Positions 27,045 through 36,993 of a stretch of DNA of 64,000 nt are shown here, piece by piece. This DNA is from a virus. The notes under the pieces were generated by a model. The model did not search any database, was not told the DNA's origin, and saw nothing but the letters and a program-made list of their open reading frames with translations. Positions within the stretch are counted from its first letter, which is position 1, and every line of letters begins with the position of its first letter. Location: the IMG/VR virus record IMGVR_UViG_3300045988_108148, one strand, 5' to 3'. The position numbers and the translations under genes were made by a program.

Positions 27045-27689
27045 ATGACATTTAATTCACTAAACGCAATTATAGACGACATTTATAACATCTTAAGAGA
27101 TAATAATGTGTCAGAAAGTGAAAATCTAAGTCGTATACAGGTAGAACAATGGATTCATCAATACAGAGCTTATCTAATCAAACAAGATTTGGATAAAGGT
27201 AGAGATATAAATGAGTCGTATGTTCAAACAATAGGACCATTGCATATTTCTAAAGTACGCAATTGCCCTACGGATGGATACAATTATAAATCTGACGAGG
27301 AATTACCAAAGTTTATAGATTTACATTTTGGATCTGGGTTAATTTGTGTAAAAGATTTAGATGGTAATTTGATTCAAGTTGGAACTGAAACCAAAGCAAA
27401 GTATCAAATTAATAGAAAATATACATGCAATGATTATATTGCATATCTTAAAGGAAATCATTTGTACATAGTGGGACCAGAACATCTAGAGTATGTAAAA
27501 ATAGATGGGATTCTAGAAGATCCAACGTCAATTGGTGAATGTTTTGATAGGGATGATACACCATATCCTGTTCCTGCAAATATGATACCTACGATTAAAG
27601 ATATGATCTTTAGTAAAGAATTAAATTTGATGTTACAAATGCCAAATGATACTACTAACAATAGTACAAATGATGTAAAAGTTCAATAA
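27045..27689 (+). CDS. hypothetical virion-module protein (214 aa)
   Basis: Long ORF translationally coupled to the next gene (stop overlaps the ATG). Confidence 0.5.
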   Translation: MTFNSLNAIIDDIYNILRDNNVSESENLSRIQVEQWIHQYRAYLIKQDLDKGRDINESYVQTIGPLHISKVRNCPTDGYNYKSDEELPKFIDLHFGSGLICVKDLDGNLIQVGTETKAKYQINRKYTCNDYIAYLKGNHLYIVGPEHLEYVKIDGILEDPTSIGECFDRDDTPYPVPANMIPTIKDMIFSKELNLMLQMPNDTTNNSTNDVKVQ

Positions 27690-28132
27690 TGGAGACGAAA
27701 GCTTATACAGGACACAATTTTTATGATTCATACTCTGAGTATGTGGAAGATAATCCACTATATCAAGTTGAATATAGAGTATTTAGAGACATAATAAACG
27801 ATTACTTTAAATATCTTAGAGATGAGTTAATAGAAAACGGAAAAGAGGTTAAGTTACCTTGTAGAATGGGAACCATTCAAATAGTAAAACACAAACCTAA
27901 AGAGTATACTGGGAAGAGTCTTCGAATTGATTATGCTGAGAGTAAGAAAGCTGGTAAAATTATTTATCATTTAAATGAACATTCCAATTTCTATAAATAT
28001 AGAGTATATTGGAATAAACAAAATATGATAACCCCAAATAAAACTAAATATCAATTAGTAATGACGAGGGATAATAAAAGGCATCTTGCTCAGATTATCA
28101 AAAATCATATTAGAGATTATAGAGAATTATGA
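27689..28132 (+). CDS. HU/IHF-like fold protein (crAss-type conserved IHF-like gene position)
   Basis: FRDIINDYFKYLRDELIENGKEVKLPCRMGTIQIVKHKPK resembles the HU/IHF pattern (G..V.LP..G...I). It sits inside the tail module, as in crAss-like phages. Confidence 0.35.
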   Translation: METKAYTGHNFYDSYSEYVEDNPLYQVEYRVFRDIINDYFKYLRDELIENGKEVKLPCRMGTIQIVKHKPKEYTGKSLRIDYAESKKAGKIIYHLNEHSNFYKYRVYWNKQNMITPNKTKYQLVMTRDNKRHLAQIIKNHIRDYREL

Positions 28133-29112
28133 TTACAAAATTAACTTCAATTAAAACGGTAATTGCTAAGATAATTGCTGATCTAGATTTGAAAGAAGAT
28201 GACATGAGAATAAGTGACATCAGATCTTGGTGTGGAGAAGCAATTGAAAAGATTGGTGCTGTTACACAATTTATTCCAAAAGTATCTGGTCAAGATGGTA
28301 CTCCAATTACTAAATTGTGTGGGTATCAAGCATCATTACCATGTGATCTTCATCAATTGCATCAAGTTGCATACTCTTTTAATTGTGATGGACCTTGGTT
28401 TCCTATGAGGAAAGCTACAGGTTCATTTGCTGTTTGGGGACATGGCAAATGCTGTTGCAACTGTGACTGTTATGATGAACTTGGACACAAAAAGGAATGT
28501 AGGCACAACAATTGTTGTGAACATTGCGATCCAAATATGATTGTACAAGAAGATACAATGGTAAATTTAGTAGTAGATATGATTGGTAATATTGATAAAA
28601 CAGAGGCTTTAGAATTGTTAAACACTAATCAAAATTTACGTACAATCATTTCAAATCTTATAAATGAACGAACATACAATGATGGATTTAATACTGCAAA
28701 TCCTAGTGGAGGGCTACAATATAGTATTAAACCTGGATTTATAATGTGTAATGTTCCATCAGGTTACTTAAAACTATCCTATAGTGCAATACCTACTGAT
28801 GAAGATGGATATACTTTAATACCAGATTTAACTTCCTATACTGAAGCTATATACTGGTATGTTACAATGAAACTGAAATACCCTGAGTATTTGAATGGTA
28901 AATTAAATAGAGAAGTATACTATGATATTAAAAGATCTTGGAATTTTTATAGAAACCAAGCATATGCTGAAGCATTAATGCCAAATGAAGATGGCATGGA
29001 GTCTATTAAAAATAACTGGAATAAAATTGTTCCAGAATTTAGAGATCATAATACTTTTTATTCACATACTGGGGAAAGACAAATAATTTATAACGCAAAT
29101 GAACGCTACTAG
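28129..29112 (+). CDS. virion-module protein with dense Cys cluster
   Basis: A 327-aa ORF with ATGA coupling. It contains the insert GHGKCCCNCDCYDELGHKKECRHNNCCEHCDPN. Confidence 0.55.
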   Translation: MITKLTSIKTVIAKIIADLDLKEDDMRISDIRSWCGEAIEKIGAVTQFIPKVSGQDGTPITKLCGYQASLPCDLHQLHQVAYSFNCDGPWFPMRKATGSFAVWGHGKCCCNCDCYDELGHKKECRHNNCCEHCDPNMIVQEDTMVNLVVDMIGNIDKTEALELLNTNQNLRTIISNLINERTYNDGFNTANPSGGLQYSIKPGFIMCNVPSGYLKLSYSAIPTDEDGYTLIPDLTSYTEAIYWYVTMKLKYPEYLNGKLNREVYYDIKRSWNFYRNQAYAEALMPNEDGMESIKNNWNKIVPEFRDHNTFYSHTGERQIIYNANERY

Positions 29113-32100
29113 ACAAACAAACACATTTGCTGGTGGACTTAACATGGATGTAGACTATTCTGTGTTAAAAGACAACCAGTACATATATGCAGAGAACATT
29201 CGGATATTGACGAATGAAGGATCTTCTTTTGCAGCAATGCAGAATATAGAAGGGTTCTTAGCGTGTAGACCTTCTTCAAATTTGTCTGGTGAAACTATTA
29301 TACACGTTACCACAGTAAGAGATTGGGCGATTGTTTTTACTAAGGTTAATGGTACAAATAACAACAATGTCTATAGAATTGATTTTTCTAGATCCCAAGA
29401 GGAACCAATTGTAACAAAAGTAGTAACTAATAGACCTTTAGATATAGAAGTATCATCTAGTAATGTAGCTGCAATTAGCAGTGTATGTAGATGGGAGTCT
29501 GTAGATAATGTCAAAGTATATTGGGCAGATGGGCATGCTCAAATCAAAGTAATTAACGTAGATGATAGCCATATAAAAAGTAATGAGAATATTACTTCAG
29601 ATAATATAGTAATGTTACCAAAAGCTACATTAGCACCATTTGAATTTAATGGATTTGGGACAGGTAGTTTAGAATCTGGAATGATACAATATTGCTATCA
29701 ATTGTTTAAAGTGAGAGGTACAGAATCTGCAATATCCCCACTTACTCCTCTTTATCATTTAAGTGACGGAGATCAGAAAACAAATTATAATGCTGTAAAA
29801 GGAAGTTCTAAAGGACAGAATACTGGTAAGTCTATAAAGTTGCAAGTAAGAAATAATAGCACTGGATTTGATAGACTTAGAATAATCTCTTTATTCTACA
29901 AGGCAAAGAATGAAGTACCTGTAATATCTATAGTAGATGATATAGTTATTGGCACTGGTTCTGTAATAAACTATGAAGATAAAGGTGGTAGTTTAGTATC
30001 AGAATTAAGTATTGATGAATTTAATTCATTAGCTAATTATACGTTTATACCTGAAGTAATAGAATCTAAAGATAACAGATTATTTGCTGCTAATCTTACT
30101 GAGGAAACATGGGATGTAGAATATGATGCTAGAGCATTTAGAGCTAATTCTTCTGGTAATGTATTATTGTTATCTAACTCTGGTTCTTCGTTAAACTTTG
30201 CTCTATCAGCATTAACTACTACAAACATACCTAAAGACCACGATTGTATATGCCCATTTAATGTAGATGGTAGTGCATACAAGTATACTACTTCTCCAAC
30301 AGGAGGATACATACAGGGTGGTAAAGGCAAGAATGTATCATATAGGTTTATTACTACAGATTTACTAGAAGATGCATCTACTACATCTAGAGGAATGATA
30401 AACGAAGAATTTACATTCAATGCTTCTTCAAGATCACTTACTAGTTTAGGTATTAACTATGAAGGTAATGATAAATCAAATACAATAAGTTTATCATCTG
30501 GTAACAAAATACCAAACTATTCTAATGCCGAAATAGAGTCCAAAGTAAAAGGATATATGAGGGATGAGATTTATAGATTTGGTATAGTATTGTATAATAA
30601 GCAAGGTTTGGCATCACCGGTACATTGGATAGGTGATATAAGAATGCCATCTAATAAAGATTCTGGTTATAAGTTTTTTACTTCCAATGAGGCTAGTGAT
30701 TATGGATCTAATTTATCAGTTGTTACTAAACCTCTTGGTATTGAATTTGAAGTAAAGAATTTACCATCAGACGTAGTAAGATATGAGATAGTTAGATGCG
30801 AAAGAACTCTATCTGATAGAACTATATTAGCTCAAGGAGTAGTAAGTTGCATTACAAATTATGATAGAGATTCTAATATCTTAACACCATTCCCATATCT
30901 AGCTTATTCAAATAAGCATGGTTACTATGCAAAGACTCACAACAATGGAGATTTCCAATATACCTTTAACTTGTCAGATACACAATCTAACAATTATTTC
31001 ATGTTTGTATCTCCAGAGATAGCAATTAACAGAGAAAATGCAGATGCATTAATTGATAAGTTTCAAACAGTTGAAAAGGTAGGGATTATGACATCTCCTA
31101 TTACTGCAGATGGTGATTGGGGAATAACGAATGGATCTCTAAAAGTATTAGCAAATGCCAAATCTATAAAGTATGATGGTACTACAATAAAACCAACCAA
31201 AACATTAGGAGGTCAGTCTAGTAATGGTTATGTTGCTAATGGAGCAATAGTAATAAATAATGATGATTTCTATTCAGCGTTACTTGCTAAATACTATGGT
31301 TTATATGTTGAAAATGGTGTTCAATCTGCTGCAGTAGAGAGTGCAAAATATGCAGGGCCAAGCAGTCCTTGGTTAACAAATGGTGATCAACCTTGGTATA
31401 ATGCCGAAGCAATTACTATTGGTGATAAAGTATATTATAACTGGGTATGGGATAATATTAGAACCGCAGGAGATGGTGAAGTAGATAAGACTGATGCAAA
31501 CAATGTTAGAAAATATGGTCCTCATGGAATATGTTCCATATTTAAGAGCAACAACATGATTGCTAACATACCATTAGCTGTAAGTACTTCTAGTTACAGA
31601 TATGTTAATTCAGTTGCTTTGTGTAACATGAAGCAAAGTGTAAATGCATATGGTGGTAATTCTTACTCTGCTGTACAGAATTCTGTGTATATTACTACAG
31701 GGGCTAGTGCCGAATCTAGTATTTCCACAGTACTATGTTATGGTGGAGATACTTATCTAAACATATTTGATTATAATAACTGTATGTTTAGTTATAATAC
31801 AGATGATTATTATAACAATAAAGCCAATAGATTATTCTTAGGTGCTCTTATACCATGTGAATCAAGTGTAAACCTAGCATTAACTCATGCTGATTCATCT
31901 ATAAATAGAACTTATCAAGCCGGTAATGGATATGCTAATCATTTTGTAGAAGATGATATAATTACTGTTGGTGATTTATATACTCAGAATACTCCATCAT
32001 ATGCATACAATGATGCCTATTCTGCTCAACCTAATGCAAAGAAGTTTGTATCTGAATCTATTTATAACATAGATAATCTATTAACAGATACTCGTATCAT

Positions 32101-33112
32101 ATCTTCAGAACTAAAGACAAATAATGAAGTTACTGATTCATGGACGAAATTTAAAGTAGCTAACTATATTGATGTGGATACTAAATTTGGTCCAATTAAT
32201 GATATGAAGCTGTTTAAAAACAATCTAGTATTCTGGCAAACCGACGCTTTTGGCACAGTTGCAGTGAACGAACGTTCTATTATAACTGATAATAATCCCG
32301 GTACTCTTACTCTAGGTACTGGTGGTATACTAGATAGATATGACTACTTTACTACAATGAATGGTGAAAGTCCAAACCAGTTGAGAGCAAATACTCAATC
32401 AGATAGTACTGTATACTGGTACGATAGTAAACGTAATGAGATATGTGGGTTTAATGGTCAATTACAAACAGTATCTAAATTAAAAGGAGTTCAATCTTAT
32501 TTGAATGAGAATAAAGACTTGTTTAAAAAAGATCCTATTGCAGTTTATGATAAGAAATATAATGAAGTTCTGTTTACTCTAGGAGATAAAACATTAGCGT
32601 TTAATGAACAATTAGGAGTATTTACTTCATTCTATAACTATAATCCAGACTATTACGCAGAATTTAGTGATAAACTATATTTATTTAAATCATTGAAACT
32701 GTTTAAATATAATGGTGGTGAACAAGCTGATTTAGATTCTGACAAAGCAAAGGTATCTGAAATAGAATTTGTAGTTAACAAAGATTATCCACAAACCAAA
32801 ACATTTGATAATGTTGAATATAGTGGTGATTTTACTACGGATACTAACTTTGATTTGATATTATTTACTACAAAAAGACAAACTAGTGAAACATTGACTA
32901 GTGAAGATATTGATTACAGAGAGGATACTTATAAATTTGCAATCCCTCGTAATTCTTTGAAGCTTAATGAAGTAGAACAACTGGCTAACAAATCATACAA
33001 AGATAGGATGAAAGGAAAATATCTTATCTGTAATTATAAGTATGATTGTAATGGTGGTAATGAATTTAAAGTACCATATATTAGCACAGCTTATAGATAC
33101 TCAATGATATAA
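29099..33112 (+). CDS. large tail structural protein (1337 aa; nozzle/muzzle-type by size and position)
   Basis: Long beta-rich ORF located after the IHF-like and adaptor-size genes and before the ejection proteins. No motif verified. Confidence 0.5.
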   Translation: MNATRQTNTFAGGLNMDVDYSVLKDNQYIYAENIRILTNEGSSFAAMQNIEGFLACRPSSNLSGETIIHVTTVRDWAIVFTKVNGTNNNNVYRIDFSRSQEEPIVTKVVTNRPLDIEVSSSNVAAISSVCRWESVDNVKVYWADGHAQIKVINVDDSHIKSNENITSDNIVMLPKATLAPFEFNGFGTGSLESGMIQYCYQLFKVRGTESAISPLTPLYHLSDGDQKTNYNAVKGSSKGQNTGKSIKLQVRNNSTGFDRLRIISLFYKAKNEVPVISIVDDIVIGTGSVINYEDKGGSLVSELSIDEFNSLANYTFIPEVIESKDNRLFAANLTEETWDVEYDARAFRANSSGNVLLLSNSGSSLNFALSALTTTNIPKDHDCICPFNVDGSAYKYTTSPTGGYIQGGKGKNVSYRFITTDLLEDASTTSRGMINEEFTFNASSRSLTSLGINYEGNDKSNTISLSSGNKIPNYSNAEIESKVKGYMRDEIYRFGIVLYNKQGLASPVHWIGDIRMPSNKDSGYKFFTSNEASDYGSNLSVVTKPLGIEFEVKNLPSDVVRYEIVRCERTLSDRTILAQGVVSCITNYDRDSNILTPFPYLAYSNKHGYYAKTHNNGDFQYTFNLSDTQSNNYFMFVSPEIAINRENADALIDKFQTVEKVGIMTSPITADGDWGITNGSLKVLANAKSIKYDGTTIKPTKTLGGQSSNGYVANGAIVINNDDFYSALLAKYYGLYVENGVQSAAVESAKYAGPSSPWLTNGDQPWYNAEAITIGDKVYYNWVWDNIRTAGDGEVDKTDANNVRKYGPHGICSIFKSNNMIANIPLAVSTSSYRYVNSVALCNMKQSVNAYGGNSYSAVQNSVYITTGASAESSISTVLCYGGDTYLNIFDYNNCMFSYNTDDYYNNKANRLFLGALIPCESSVNLALTHADSSINRTYQAGNGYANHFVEDDIITVGDLYTQNTPSYAYNDAYSAQPNAKKFVSESIYNIDNLLTDTRIISSELKTNNEVTDSWTKFKVANYIDVDTKFGPINDMKLFKNNLVFWQTDAFGTVAVNERSIITDNNPGTLTLGTGGILDRYDYFTTMNGESPNQLRANTQSDSTVYWYDSKRNEICGFNGQLQTVSKLKGVQSYLNENKDLFKKDPIAVYDKKYNEVLFTLGDKTLAFNEQLGVFTSFYNYNPDYYAEFSDKLYLFKSLKLFKYNGGEQADLDSDKAKVSEIEFVVNKDYPQTKTFDNVEYSGDFTTDTNFDLILFTTKRQTSETLTSEDIDYREDTYKFAIPRNSLKLNEVEQLANKSYKDRMKGKYLICNYKYDCNGGNEFKVPYISTAYRYSMI

Positions 33113-33113
33113 T

Positions 33114-35075
33114 ATGAAAAAGAAAAACAATAAAAAGACTATACCAGCATATGCGTTTGGCATGGATCAGTTGTCAAACTACCTTGGTGGAGCTAATGTA
33201 TTTGGCTCTGCCATTTCTGGTTTATCAGAAGAAGGTTCAACAGGTGATGTTGCAGGTAGTACTATTGGCAGTGCAGCTTCGTTAGCCGGTGCTGGTCTCA
33301 CTGTAGGTGGTCCTATTGGCGCCGCTGTTGGTGGTGGATTAGGATTGGTAAGTGGACTTATTGGTTCAATTAAACGCAAAAAGCAAATGCAAGCATTACG
33401 ACGCAGAAAGGAAACCCTCAACAAGACCAAAATAGGTATGAATGCTGCAGCTGAAACTGAAGGGGAATATTGGGATAATAATGATCTTGCATATACATTT
33501 GAGAATGGTGGAATACTCCCAGACTTAGCGTACTTGGACAATAACGAAGTGGTCAGAGATGACTCTGGTAATATTGTTCAGGTTCCAAACACACAACCTG
33601 GCACAGATAATCATCTAGTGGACGCATCTACTTTAGAATCTGTATTATCTGACAAGATTAAAAGACCAGGTACAAATCGTACATTTGCTAAGGAAGGACA
33701 AATATTATCTAAAATGACAAAACCTAGCAAAGGCAAAGATATATTTGCTGAAAATACAAACAGATTAAATAAAATAAATGCTAACAAAGCTTATAATAAA
33801 TTGTTAGCAGAACAAGAAGCCGTTAAAGCTGCAAAGGGTGTTAAACCCAAAGTAAAAGGAATACCTGCATATGAGGACGGTACCAATAATAGAAAGTTAC
33901 GTTGGGGCATTTGGAATGTAGAAGATGTCAATTTACCTGATCTTAACGTACTGGATAGATTGTTTACCAGAGATGCAAAAGATATAAGTGATCCTGATGC
34001 TACTGTTACTAAAGGTAGAGCTGGTATTTATGATGTTAAACCAGTAAGATACAACCGTAATGCTGCACATAATACTGCATTACAAATGGGTTCTCCTACA
34101 ACTGGAACATGGTTTGCACCATTACAAACTACCGTAGCTACACCACAACAAGTAGATGCAATCACATATGCAAACGATGAACCAATCGCTGTTGATATAC
34201 CTCTTTTACCGATTGAATCTGAACCAACTTTAACAAACACGTACACAAATGCATCGAATAAACAAGTTACAAAAACCCCTAGTACTACTGGTTCTGTAAC
34301 CACCAAACAGACAACCAAACCTAACATTACTAAAACTACTACTCAAAGATTATCTGAACCAGCAATACCACTAGTAAACACTAGTATGGCAATAGATTGG
34401 GAGGATGTTGTTACTCCAGTAAATATACCAACGTCTGCAGATGAAGCTACTAAGAAACGTGCACTTGGTAAACCAAAAAGTGGGTATTCACCAGATTGGT
34501 TATCGTTGGCTCCTACGGTGTATAATACTTTACAATCATTAAGAGGACCAGAAGAAGAACCATTAGTATTAAACCCATATGCTGGTGCAGTTAGAAGTAC
34601 AATGGCTAGACGTAGAATGAACATTGAACCAGCTAGACTAGCTAACAGTAGATCAAGGGCCATTTCAAATTATAACTTAGCAAATATTAATGCTAATACT
34701 GGTGCTAATTTAGCAGCAAGAACTCAAGCTGCTGTTGATGAGTATGCTTCTAATGCAAACATGTACGCCACTAAACAAAATGCTGACAATGCTTACTTAG
34801 GAGAATACGCAAATACTCTTAATAATTTAGGACAACAATTTGTACAAAGTGAAAATATGTACAACGATCTTAATGCTAGAAACAGAGCTGCTGCTAGAAA
34901 CTTTGGAGCAACTGCAACTAGTCAACTTGGTAAATGGTCTCAAGTAAATAGACAAATGCAAAATCAATACAATAGGGATCAAATGACACTACCATTCTTA
35001 GCTGATTTCTTAAGTCAAGGATTTACTAAAGAACAAGTGGATAATTTATTAACAAGAACTAGAAATAGAGTTTAA
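33114..35075 (+). CDS. internal virion/ejection protein candidate with N-terminal glycine-zipper segment
   Basis: The Gly/Ala-rich hydrophobic region GSAASLAGAGLTVGGPIGAAVGGGLGLVSGLIGSI is followed by a KRKK motif. The C-terminus is Q/N-rich. Confidence 0.5.
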   Translation: MKKKNNKKTIPAYAFGMDQLSNYLGGANVFGSAISGLSEEGSTGDVAGSTIGSAASLAGAGLTVGGPIGAAVGGGLGLVSGLIGSIKRKKQMQALRRRKETLNKTKIGMNAAAETEGEYWDNNDLAYTFENGGILPDLAYLDNNEVVRDDSGNIVQVPNTQPGTDNHLVDASTLESVLSDKIKRPGTNRTFAKEGQILSKMTKPSKGKDIFAENTNRLNKINANKAYNKLLAEQEAVKAAKGVKPKVKGIPAYEDGTNNRKLRWGIWNVEDVNLPDLNVLDRLFTRDAKDISDPDATVTKGRAGIYDVKPVRYNRNAAHNTALQMGSPTTGTWFAPLQTTVATPQQVDAITYANDEPIAVDIPLLPIESEPTLTNTYTNASNKQVTKTPSTTGSVTTKQTTKPNITKTTTQRLSEPAIPLVNTSMAIDWEDVVTPVNIPTSADEATKKRALGKPKSGYSPDWLSLAPTVYNTLQSLRGPEEEPLVLNPYAGAVRSTMARRRMNIEPARLANSRSRAISNYNLANINANTGANLAARTQAAVDEYASNANMYATKQNADNAYLGEYANTLNNLGQQFVQSENMYNDLNARNRAAARNFGATATSQLGKWSQVNRQMQNQYNRDQMTLPFLADFLSQGFTKEQVDNLLTRTRNRV

Positions 35076-35076
35076 T

Positions 35077-36990
35077 ATGGTAAATAGATATGATAATCCT
35101 GCACAAGCAGAATTCATAAATACATACGTTCCAATTCCATTTGAACAATTGTATACACTTGGGAAGCAGGCAAAAGAAAACGTAGATCAAGCATTAAAAG
35201 ATTATTCAACAGCTTTGGATAAATGGGCTGAATTTCAATCTCCATCCGCTGCTGACACAAAAGCATACTATGATGAAACTTATGGTAGAGCTTTGCCTGT
35301 GGCTGAAGAATTGTCTAAAAACTTAGACATGATAAAAACTGCAGAAGGTAGATCTAAGATATATTCAGCAATAAACAATGTAGACAGAGCTAAATTAAGT
35401 ATGCTTCGTCAAAGTGCTGAAGGTTTAAGAGAGAGACAAAAAGTAAATCAACGTCTAATGCTAGAAGGTAAATATAATCCCTTGTGGCACGATGTTGATT
35501 TTACTGGTTATAACACACTTACTTCAGGTATTTATAATGATGTATCTCCACTAGGTTATCAATCAATAAAAGATCTTACAGATAAATATGTAAATAATCT
35601 TAAAGATAGCTATTTGGGTAGATCCAACGGTTTTATTCATACTGGTGTAACTGGGGATCAAATTAAAAAAATATTGGATGAAAATAGAAGTGGTATACTA
35701 TCTACTCCTGAGGCTCAAATGCATATGCAAGTGTACTTAAAACAGAACCCTGGAGCAACCGCTGAAGATGCTGCAAATGCTTTTATGGAAAGAGCATATA
35801 TAGATAATCAAGAATACATTAGAAATAATATTACAGTAGACCCATATGCAATGCAAGCTTTGAAAGAACAACAAGCTTTAAGAGTTGCAGCTACACGAAA
35901 AGGAAAAAATGGTGAACAACCAACTGATTATCCAGATGCTTATACTAAATTGTATAATGACGCAGTAGTTCAAGAAAAGCGTCAAATGCAAAATAATCCA
36001 AATCTAACTAGAACAAGATCATTTATAGAAGGTCAAGCATCTATGATACAGACTTTGACAGACGCTGCTAATGCTCTAGAATTAGGTGCTATTACTCCAG
36101 AAGAATACAACACTATGTATAAGGCATACCAAGAATCTGCATCAAAGAACTACAGTAATGAAGCTATGGCAAATGCTTATGCAGAGGATGTTAGGGATAT
36201 GTTTGCTAAACAATCTGATATATTCCCAGCTGTTGGAGTAAAACAAGAAAAGTTACCATTGTACTATGATACTGCGTCCAGGGTGTTGAACGAACTTACT
36301 TATCCTACTTCAGGATTAGTTATGAACCGTTACAATAAAATAAAATCTTCTAAAGAAGTAGAAATTAACAGTAATGATGCTATAACTAATGGATTTACTA
36401 TTCCAGATACTAATGGGTTAATATTGTCCACAGACTTTGTAAACAAAGTAATGAAGGTTCCTTCTATGAAATACACTGTTCAGGATAATTCAAGACTTAA
36501 TAGAAACTTTGCAGAAGACCTAAAATCTGGAGTATTCCAAGATGTTATAAAGGTGCCTAGAAACAAAATAATGGTAGGTGAATCCAATGGTCAACCACAA
36601 TTATTTCAAAGGGTTAGTGTTAAGATACCTATTCAGTCTATAAGAAATGCTAACTATGATGTTGACAGTTTTAAAGAAATGGTTAATAAAACTATGGGTT
36701 TAACATCTGAAGTTGGTTTAAGTGTTAAGCCAATAAAAGGTGAAAGTGTGGAAGATGCGTGGGGTCACTCTGACACTAGAGGTGGGGCAGCTCTTACTGG
36801 AGAATACTTTACATTTGATGCAATGGAACCAATTGATCCACATGGTATGACAAGAATGACTTTTGATCAAGAAGTCAATAAAGAACATGGTGGGTCTAAA
36901 CTACAAAATGATTTATATGATAGTTCATATAACGAATCATATTCTTCTGATATCGAACTTTATCAAACTATGCTTAATCTGTTACAATAA
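35077..36990 (+). CDS. internal virion (cargo) protein candidate (637 aa)
   Basis: Long ORF tightly coupled between the ejection-protein candidate and the giant ORF. No motif recognised. Confidence 0.45.
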   Translation: MVNRYDNPAQAEFINTYVPIPFEQLYTLGKQAKENVDQALKDYSTALDKWAEFQSPSAADTKAYYDETYGRALPVAEELSKNLDMIKTAEGRSKIYSAINNVDRAKLSMLRQSAEGLRERQKVNQRLMLEGKYNPLWHDVDFTGYNTLTSGIYNDVSPLGYQSIKDLTDKYVNNLKDSYLGRSNGFIHTGVTGDQIKKILDENRSGILSTPEAQMHMQVYLKQNPGATAEDAANAFMERAYIDNQEYIRNNITVDPYAMQALKEQQALRVAATRKGKNGEQPTDYPDAYTKLYNDAVVQEKRQMQNNPNLTRTRSFIEGQASMIQTLTDAANALELGAITPEEYNTMYKAYQESASKNYSNEAMANAYAEDVRDMFAKQSDIFPAVGVKQEKLPLYYDTASRVLNELTYPTSGLVMNRYNKIKSSKEVEINSNDAITNGFTIPDTNGLILSTDFVNKVMKVPSMKYTVQDNSRLNRNFAEDLKSGVFQDVIKVPRNKIMVGESNGQPQLFQRVSVKIPIQSIRNANYDVDSFKEMVNKTMGLTSEVGLSVKPIKGESVEDAWGHSDTRGGAALTGEYFTFDAMEPIDPHGMTRMTFDQEVNKEHGGSKLQNDLYDSSYNESYSSDIELYQTMLNLLQ

Positions 36991-36993
36991 TAT

